Positions 58,356 through 64,000 of a DNA stretch of 64,000 nucleotides are shown in pieces; positions within the stretch are counted from its first letter, which is position 1; each line of letters starts with the position of its first letter. This DNA is from Longimicrobiales bacterium (lineage in GTDB: Bacteria > Gemmatimonadota > Gemmatimonadetes > Longimicrobiales > Gaopeijiaceae): positions 2,816,001 to 2,880,000 of the forward strand of contig OZ241869.1 of the NCBI GenBank assembly GCA_965202805.1. The letters are read 5' to 3'. The notes under the pieces were generated by a model. That model saw nothing but the letters and a program-made list of their open reading frames with translations. It did no database searches and had not been told where the DNA came from. The position numbers and the translations under genes were made by a program.

Positions 58356-59938
58356 CCGCCCGCCCGCCCGGTATTGGCTCGGTTGCCGCGCTGCGTTGGC
58401 CAGGGCGAGCCGGCGTAGCCCCCGTTCGTCGACTCCGTCTCGACGATCCCGTGTATGGTGCCCCCGTCCGTGTAGGAGACGGAGGTCGCGATGATCGTGC
58501 CATCGACACCGATGGCGGGCGATGCGAGGACGTAGACTCCCGAGAAGCCGTAGCCACCGGGCTGGTAGTCCCAAAGGTGCCTGCCTTGGGCGTCGAGCGC
58601 CGTGACGGTACCGCCCGAGCCGATGTAGACGTTGCCGTCCGCCCCCAGGATCGGCGTGCTCCTGAACCCGGACGTCCCTGAATGGAAGTGCCAGCGAATC
58701 GAGCCGTCGGGATTGATGGCGAACAGGCCCATGCCGAGGACATAGATCGCGCCGTCCGGACCGATCGAAGGCGGCGAGTTGACCTGTCCAGAGAAGCCCT
58801 CGTAGGTGCGCATCACCACGACGCTCCATCGCTCGCTCCCGTCGGGGTCAACCGCGTAGAGGCGTCCGTCGTAGGAGGCGACGTAGATCGTGCCGTCCGC
58901 ACCGATCGACGGCGCCGCCCTGATCAGATCCCCCGTCTGGAACGTCCACCGCGGCGAGCCGTCGCGGTCGATCGCATGCAAAGCCATATCCTCCCCGCCG
59001 ACGTAGATCGTGCCGTCGCTCGCAACCGCGGGCGAGGAAAAGGTGAAGGTCCTGACGGGGGTTTCGTAGGTCCATTGGATCTCGCCTTGGGGATCAACCG
59101 CGTGGACCTGGCGCCCGCCGGCCACGTAGATGGTCCCGTCCCGTCCGAGAGCGGGAGACGACGAGATTCGGTCGAGGCCGTCCAGCATCCACCGAATGGA
59201 TCCGCCGGGATCCACGGCGACGAGGCTGCCCCGGGAGCCGCTGTCGGAGCCGAAATACAGCGTCCCGTCAGCCCCGATGGCGGGCATCCCCCACTTGGTG
59301 AGCCCGGGTACGTCCACGGTCCAGAGAACGCCTCCCTGAGGCGAGAGCGCGTACCAATGGCTTGTTTGCGCGGGCTTGTCATTCCATCCGACGTAGATCG
59401 TGCCGTCGGCTCCTATCGCGACACCGGCCCCGATCAATATTGGCCCCACCGCGTCCGGAAAAGACCATTCGAGCGGAACCGACCAGGCGAGACGCGCCCG
59501 CTCCCGCACCGTGACCGTCAGCCTGCCCGTCACCCCCTGACTGGTCGCCGTGATGGTCGCCGTGCCGTCGCTCAACCCTGTGACGGTGCGAGTGGACACG
59601 CCGTTGTCCAGGATGCTGTCCCCGCTCACTGATGCGATCTCGGGCGCGGAGGACGACCACACAAAAAGGCCGGGATCGTGACCGGTGTCGTACAGCGTGG
59701 TGCCGTCCCCGGCCAGCGCCGCCGCTGCCGTGCCGAACCGGGTGCCGAGGAAGCCGATGGTTCGTTCGGAGGGCGTGATCCGGATCGACGCGACGACCGT
59801 GTCGGGGGTCGTGGGAGCGACCGTGTCCGGGACCGAGGGACCGACCGGCGCGGCGCGCTCTCCTCCGCACCCGCCAAGAACCAGCGAAAGGAACGCGCTC
59901 GCGGCGGGCAGGACCCGCGCCCGGCACAACCGGATCAT
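58352..59938 (-). CDS. Ig-like + PQQ-like beta-propeller lipoprotein, paralog P4
   Basis: Start MIRLCRAR by homology to P1-P3. Confidence 0.9.
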   Translation of the reverse strand: MIRLCRARVLPAASAFLSLVLGGCGGERAAPVGPSVPDTVAPTTPDTVVASIRITPSERTIGFLGTRFGTAAAALAGDGTTLYDTGHDPGLFVWSSSAPEIASVSGDSILDNGVSTRTVTGLSDGTATITATSQGVTGRLTVTVRERARLAWSVPLEWSFPDAVGPILIGAGVAIGADGTIYVGWNDKPAQTSHWYALSPQGGVLWTVDVPGLTKWGMPAIGADGTLYFGSDSGSRGSLVAVDPGGSIRWMLDGLDRISSSPALGRDGTIYVAGGRQVHAVDPQGEIQWTYETPVRTFTFSSPAVASDGTIYVGGEDMALHAIDRDGSPRWTFQTGDLIRAAPSIGADGTIYVASYDGRLYAVDPDGSERWSVVVMRTYEGFSGQVNSPPSIGPDGAIYVLGMGLFAINPDGSIRWHFHSGTSGFRSTPILGADGNVYIGSGGTVTALDAQGRHLWDYQPGGYGFSGVYVLASPAIGVDGTIIATSVSYTDGGTIHGIVETESTNGGYAGSPWPTQRGNRANTGRAGG

Positions 59939-60112
59939 CCGCCGCACGGCCATCGGGTACCGCAGGTGTGGCGGCTGAGCTTCATTCAGCTTTCTACCTC
60001 CATCGCTGAGGAGCCGGCGAAGGTGGGTCCGGCGGAGACAACTTAGGTAAACGACCCGCCGGACGACGAGAGGTGCGCACAGGACCTGCAGAAGATGATC
60101 GGCCTCCAAACA

Positions 60113-60169
60113 CCCCGGAACCCGAGGGCCGGAGTTGCTGGCAGTGCAACCCGGCCCTCGGGCTCGGGG
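60113..60169 (-). terminator. Long GC-rich hairpin, probable original terminator of the 154-aa gene
   Basis: CCCGAGGGCCGG..GTTGC..GCAAC..CCGGCCCTCGGG. Confidence 0.55.
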
Positions 60170-60194
60170 ACCGACGCCTGTCTGGAAAGGCTAG

Positions 60195-61890
60195 CTAGAT
60201 CTCGTCCATTTTATGGTCGTAAGCGCAACCCTGTCAGGCCTTTAGCGCGGGATTTGGGTGGATTTGCGAGGTGCTGGTGACGTGTAAGAGCGGTGCGGGG
60301 CGTTGTTATCGGTGCCCGCCCGCCCATGGGGGCTGGGAGTCCCTCCGACCCGCTCGAGTCGGTCTCGAAGAGGAGCCATCGAGTCGCCCCGGCGCTTAGG
60401 ACGGCTTCAGTCTTAGCCGGCTGCGGGCCAGCACCGCCAGATTGTGGGCAAGGATCGCCGACCAGACGTAGGCCCGGAAGTGATCGAGCCCCCGCCAGTG
60501 GCATCGGCGAAGGCCGAAGCACCGCTTGAGATACGAGATCGCCGCCTCGATGCCCGCGCGGAAGCGCCGCAGCTTATCGTAGACGCCGGGTGACGACGCC
60601 ATGTCCGCCACTCGCAACCCCCTCTTCCTCTCGAACACCATGTCGGTGACGCCAAGCGCCCTGGCCTCGTGCAGGTTGCGCTTGCTGGCGTAGCCGGCGT
60701 CGCAGGCGACTTGTTCCGGCACCGAACCGTAGATCTCCGCATGACGCTCGATCATCGCGAGACACCGGCTGCTGTCGGCCGGATTGCCCCGCTCGACCAC
60801 CGCATCGAGCACGAGTCCGCTCGCGCCCGTGCTGAGATTGACCTTGTGTCCGTACTGAACCTGCCGCCCGCCCTTGACGATGATGTCCGTGTGGGGCTCG
60901 AACAGACTCGCCACCTTCTCCTGCGCGGGGACCTTCTCGCCCCGCAGCACCCTGCGCTCGGTCTGGTCGACCACCCGCCCCAGCAACTCCCCGTATTGCA
61001 ACGCCTTAGACGGCCAGTCCCGCAGCGCCGGGGCCTCGCGCTCCTCGGCCGCCGCCAGCGCACCGTGCAGATACCCGAGCGTCCTTCGCGCCAGCCCCAG
61101 CAACTCCCGGTACGCCGCCACGCGCCGCTTCCCGCGACGCCGCGACGCTCTCAGCGCCCAACGCTTCGCCGCCCGGCGATGATTGTGGAACGGGAAGGCC
61201 TCGGCCCCCAGCTCGTCGCGCGCCCTAACCAGAAGCCGAGTGAGCACCCGCACCCCGTCGCAGAGCAGCTGGCTGTCGGTCGGCTTGCGGATGTGCGTCT
61301 CCGTCACCGTGCTGTCGATGCGCACCGTCCGACCCCTCTCGACCCTGCCGCCGCGGGCCTCCTCCATCAGCACCCGGTTGATGCGCTCCCACACCTCGGC
61401 CCGAACCGCACCGATGCATTTCTGCAGCGCCGACTTCTTCGGCGGCCGCAACGGATTCACCCGGGCGAAGTGCTTCGCAGACGCGGAGTCGAGCAGTGCG
61501 AACTCCAGATCCCGGTATTCCACCTGCCACAGCTGCTTCAGGATCCCGCACCGAAGGATCACCTCGCAGGGCAGCCCCGCCCGGCCTCTCCTCGACCGCC
61601 GCCCGCGGTCGACATCGGCCGCGATCCAGTCCAGGAACTCCGGATGCGCGTCCAGGAGCGCCGAGATCCGCTCCAGAGCGCGGCCCATCTCATGGTTGGG
61701 GTATCCCACGTCGAAGAAACTGCGCTGAGGAGCACGTTTTGCGCGCATCCACGGCCTCCAGGGGCTTGAAAAACCAGTCTTTCACCCCCAAAATAACCCT
61801 CCAACAGCCGCAACGCAGCAAAACTAGCCCTCTCGTAGTTCCGTTACCTCAATAACAACAGCGACTTACGAGATTACGGACGAGAACTAG
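60195..61890 (-). mobile_element. Insertion sequence, DDE type (ISNCY/IS5-related)
   Basis: Inverted ends CTAGATCTCGTCC / GGACGAGAACTAG plus an inner TCGTAAG match; CTAG is either the target duplication or the IR tip. Confidence 0.85.
60396..61748 (-). CDS. DDE transposase
   Basis: RIDSTV, YGHK, CDAGY, RAGIEAAISYLKR, HNL. Confidence 0.92.
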   Translation of the reverse strand: MRAKRAPQRSFFDVGYPNHEMGRALERISALLDAHPEFLDWIAADVDRGRRSRRGRAGLPCEVILRCGILKQLWQVEYRDLEFALLDSASAKHFARVNPLRPPKKSALQKCIGAVRAEVWERINRVLMEEARGGRVERGRTVRIDSTVTETHIRKPTDSQLLCDGVRVLTRLLVRARDELGAEAFPFHNHRRAAKRWALRASRRRGKRRVAAYRELLGLARRTLGYLHGALAAAEEREAPALRDWPSKALQYGELLGRVVDQTERRVLRGEKVPAQEKVASLFEPHTDIIVKGGRQVQYGHKVNLSTGASGLVLDAVVERGNPADSSRCLAMIERHAEIYGSVPEQVACDAGYASKRNLHEARALGVTDMVFERKRGLRVADMASSPGVYDKLRRFRAGIEAAISYLKRCFGLRRCHWRGLDHFRAYVWSAILAHNLAVLARSRLRLKPS

Positions 61891-61895
61891 CTAAG

Positions 61896-62360
61896 CTACC
61901 CTTCGCAGTCAGGATTGTACTCATCCGTCCCAAAATAGGCGGTAACGGCAAAGCCATATTTTGTAGGCTGACCGGAGTCTGCGACCGTAAATGTCAAGGT
62001 GCCATCGCCGGAGAAGTAGGCACCAGCGATCTGGTTTGACCCTAACGGACCGTCCCAGGTATCGAGTCCCCCTCCTCCCCAATAAAAGCTGTAGGGCGGT
62101 GTGCCGCCCCACGCGAGGCCATACGCCACGCAGTACTGTCCATTCTGCACTTCTCTCGGGAAGCTGATGAAGGCGGGCAAGAGCTCGTCGGCATTGACGT
62201 CCGTGGCGATCTCCGCGTCCGTGTGAACCGGACCGGCGGGGGCCCACTCCACCTGAGCGCGCGATGGCAGCATCCACGCGCCGATGACCAGCGCCGTCAC
62301 GGCGACGCCGATGACCTTGAGTCCCTTCGCTCCTCTGTTCTGCCCGGTGACCGTTTTCAT
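61896..62360 (-). CDS. Small secreted protein with Ig-like motif
   Basis: GGAGG RBS; signal peptide; GGTPPYSFYW and TLTFTVADS; two Cys. Confidence 0.7.
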   Translation of the reverse strand: MKTVTGQNRGAKGLKVIGVAVTALVIGAWMLPSRAQVEWAPAGPVHTDAEIATDVNADELLPAFISFPREVQNGQYCVAYGLAWGGTPPYSFYWGGGGLDTWDGPLGSNQIAGAYFSGDGTLTFTVADSGQPTKYGFAVTAYFGTDEYNPDCEG

Positions 62361-62471
62361 GGTCTGCCTCCCTGATTCTGGGCCGATTCCTTATGAAGCG
62401 GCCCGTGTTCGGTTGGCCGAACCGGCTCGTCCGATCCGACGATCCGAGTATCGCAACGCATGTCAGCGCTC

Positions 62472-62619
62472 CATAGAGGGAAACCCCCTGATTTCATAGG
62501 GGAAAACCCCTGAATTCATAGAGGGAAATCCCTCACTTCCATAGAGGGAAATCCCTCACTCCATAGAGGGAAAACCCTCAGGCCATAGGGGGAAACCCCT
62601 CAGGCCGGGAAATCCCCCA
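62472..62619. repeat. Six tandem 22-23-bp palindromic repeats (CATAGRGGGAAAHCCCTCA) plus a partial seventh; operator-like
   Basis: Units start at 62472, 62495, 62517, 62540, 62562 and 62584. Confidence 0.9.
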
Positions 62620-62759
62620 CCACCGAAGCGCGAGCGTGACGCTTGCATCGGCCAGTTCCGGACGGGTCGAGCGCTACCGACGGCGTGGACACCATGGGGC
62701 GGCCCGTACGGTGCTGGTACGGGCGGGTGGGCTTGCGCCGCTCCTGTGCGGTGGAGGCG

Positions 62760-62975
62760 CTAGCGTTCGCGCTCGGCCCGCAGGAGCTCTGTCTCCAGGG
62801 CGAAGCGCACGGTGTCGCGCCGCGTGTGCAAGTCCAGCTTGGCCTTCGCGCGCGTGAGATGGCCCTCAACCGTCTTGGGGCTCAGGGACATCTCCCGCCC
62901 ATCTCTCTGGCCGAAAAGCCGCTCGCGTACAGCTCGATCGCCGTACGCTCGCGCGACGAGAGCACCTCGAGGGCT
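62760..62975 (-). pseudogene. LuxR/NarL-type HTH fragment, frameshifted and lacking its N-terminus
   Basis: ALEVLSSRERTAIELYASGFSAREMG, frameshift near 62897, then EMSLSPKTVEGHLTRAKAKLDLHTRRDTVRFALETELLRAERER*. Confidence 0.8.
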
Positions 62976-63043
62976 GACCCGTCATTCTGACTTGGAGGGA
63001 CTGCTAGTACCAGGACTCCGCGGCCGCGGCCAGCGCCGCCCGT

Positions 63044-64000
63044 TCATCCTCCGACCCGCCCGGTATTCGCTCGGTTGCCGCGCTGCGTCGGCCACGGCGA
63101 GCCGGCGTAGCCGCCGTTCGCCGACTCCGTTTCGACGATCCCGTGGATGGTGCCCCCGTCCGTGAAGGAGAATGAGGTCGCGACGATCCTGCCATCGACA
63201 CCGATGGCGGGTGATGCGAGGACGCGACGCCTGGCGGGGGACAAATCCCACGCATCGCCCGGGGTGTAGTCCCACAGGACCCTGCCTTGGGCGTCGAGCG
63301 CCGTGACGGTAACGCCCGCGCTGAGATAGACGTTGCCGTCCGCCCCCAGGATCGGCGTGGTCCGGGTACCGGACGAACCTGCATGGAAGTGCCAGCGAAT
63401 CGAGCCGTCCGGATTGATGACGAACAGGCCCCCGCCCAGGACATAGATTGCGCCGTCCGGCCCGATCGAGGGCGGCGAGGCGACACGTGCATCGGAGCCC
63501 TCGTAGCCCTCGGGAGGGCGCCTCACCACGACGCTCCATCGCTCGCTCCCGTCGGGGTCAACCGCGTAGAGCCGTCCGTCGTAGGAGGGGACGTAGATCG
63601 TGCCGTCCGGGCCGATCGCCGCCGCCGACCTGATCAGGTCCCCCGTCCGGAACGTCCACTGCGGCGAGCCGTCGCGGTTGATCGCGTGCAAGGCATGATC
63701 GCCCCCGCCGATGTAGATCGTGCCGTCGCTCGCGACCGCGGGCGAGGAAAAGGCGAAGGTCGTGACGGGGGTCTCGTAGGTCCACCGGATCTCGCCCCGG
63801 GGATCGACCGCGTGGACGTGGCGCCCGGCGGCCACGTGGATGGTCCCGTCCGGTCCGAGAGCGGGAGACGACGAGATTCGTTCGAGGCCGTCCAGTATCC
63901 AACGAATGGATCCGCCGGGATCGACGGCGACGAGGGCGCCGCCAGAGCCGATTGTGGAGCCGAAGTACAGCGTCCCGTCCGCCCCGGTGCCGGGCATCCC
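63044..64000 (-). CDS. PQQ-like beta-propeller lipoprotein, paralog P5, 5' end outside window
   Basis: Collinear with the C-terminal part of P1-P4, ending SPWPTQRGNRANTGRVGG. Confidence 0.88.
   Translation of the reverse strand, partial: GMPGTGADGTLYFGSTIGSGGALVAVDPGGSIRWILDGLERISSSPALGPDGTIHVAAGRHVHAVDPRGEIRWTYETPVTTFAFSSPAVASDGTIYIGGGDHALHAINRDGSPQWTFRTGDLIRSAAAIGPDGTIYVPSYDGRLYAVDPDGSERWSVVVRRPPEGYEGSDARVASPPSIGPDGAIYVLGGGLFVINPDGSIRWHFHAGSSGTRTTPILGADGNVYLSAGVTVTALDAQGRVLWDYTPGDAWDLSPARRRVLASPAIGVDGRIVATSFSFTDGGTIHGIVETESANGGYAGSPWPTQRGNRANTGRVGG

Noticed and set aside
53583..60109. Long N-terminal extensions in the ORF track for the receptor and P2-P4 (starts 54065, 57246, 58829, 60109)
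   Set aside because: They are off-frame read-through of upstream sequence; signal peptides, lipoboxes and ATGA/TTGA overlaps define the real starts
62472..62619. Palindromic repeats as a CRISPR array or plasmid iterons
   Set aside because: Gaps between units are only 3-4 nt, with no unique spacers, cas genes or rep gene
53579..64000. Diversity-generating retroelement or shufflon as the source of paralog variation
   Set aside because: No reverse transcriptase or invertase in the window; differences include indels and are not adenine-specific; all copies share one orientation

Overview
High-GC bacterial chromosome segment spanning the replication origin. Gene content suggests a Gemmatimonadota-like organism, which is inference only. 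Left to right: a SusC/SusD-like locus with two S9 peptidases and a BNR/VPS10-like protein; a 17-gene tRNA array; a phosphodiesterase, msrA and lipA-pdhA-pdhB-pdhC; the origin block (rpmH-rnpA-yidD-yidC-mnmE-mnmG-LAGLIDADG-like ORF-parA-parB-M23-bactofilin, divergent from dnaA-oriC-dnaN) with parS sites, DnaA boxes and DnaA-trios; pyrE; a sigma-54 two-component module; tRNA-Asn; AraC and SARP-STAND regulators; a secreted cyanophycinase; and at least five paralogous Ig + beta-propeller lipoprotein genes ending in a TonB-dependent receptor, interrupted by an IS, a small secreted protein, a six-copy operator-like array and a frameshifted LuxR remnant. Most unusual: (1) ~130-bp structured repeats attached to two tRNA-Ser genes that duplicate the tRNA 3' end and carry an antisense copy matching their own host tRNA; (2) a leader-peptide/terminator/antiterminator arrangement directly before tRNA-Phe, a possible attenuator of a tRNA operon; (3) a stand-alone LAGLIDADG-like gene where rsmG usually lies, with tandem parS sites at its start; (4) the mosaic lipoprotein array. 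All calls were made by eye, with no database search.
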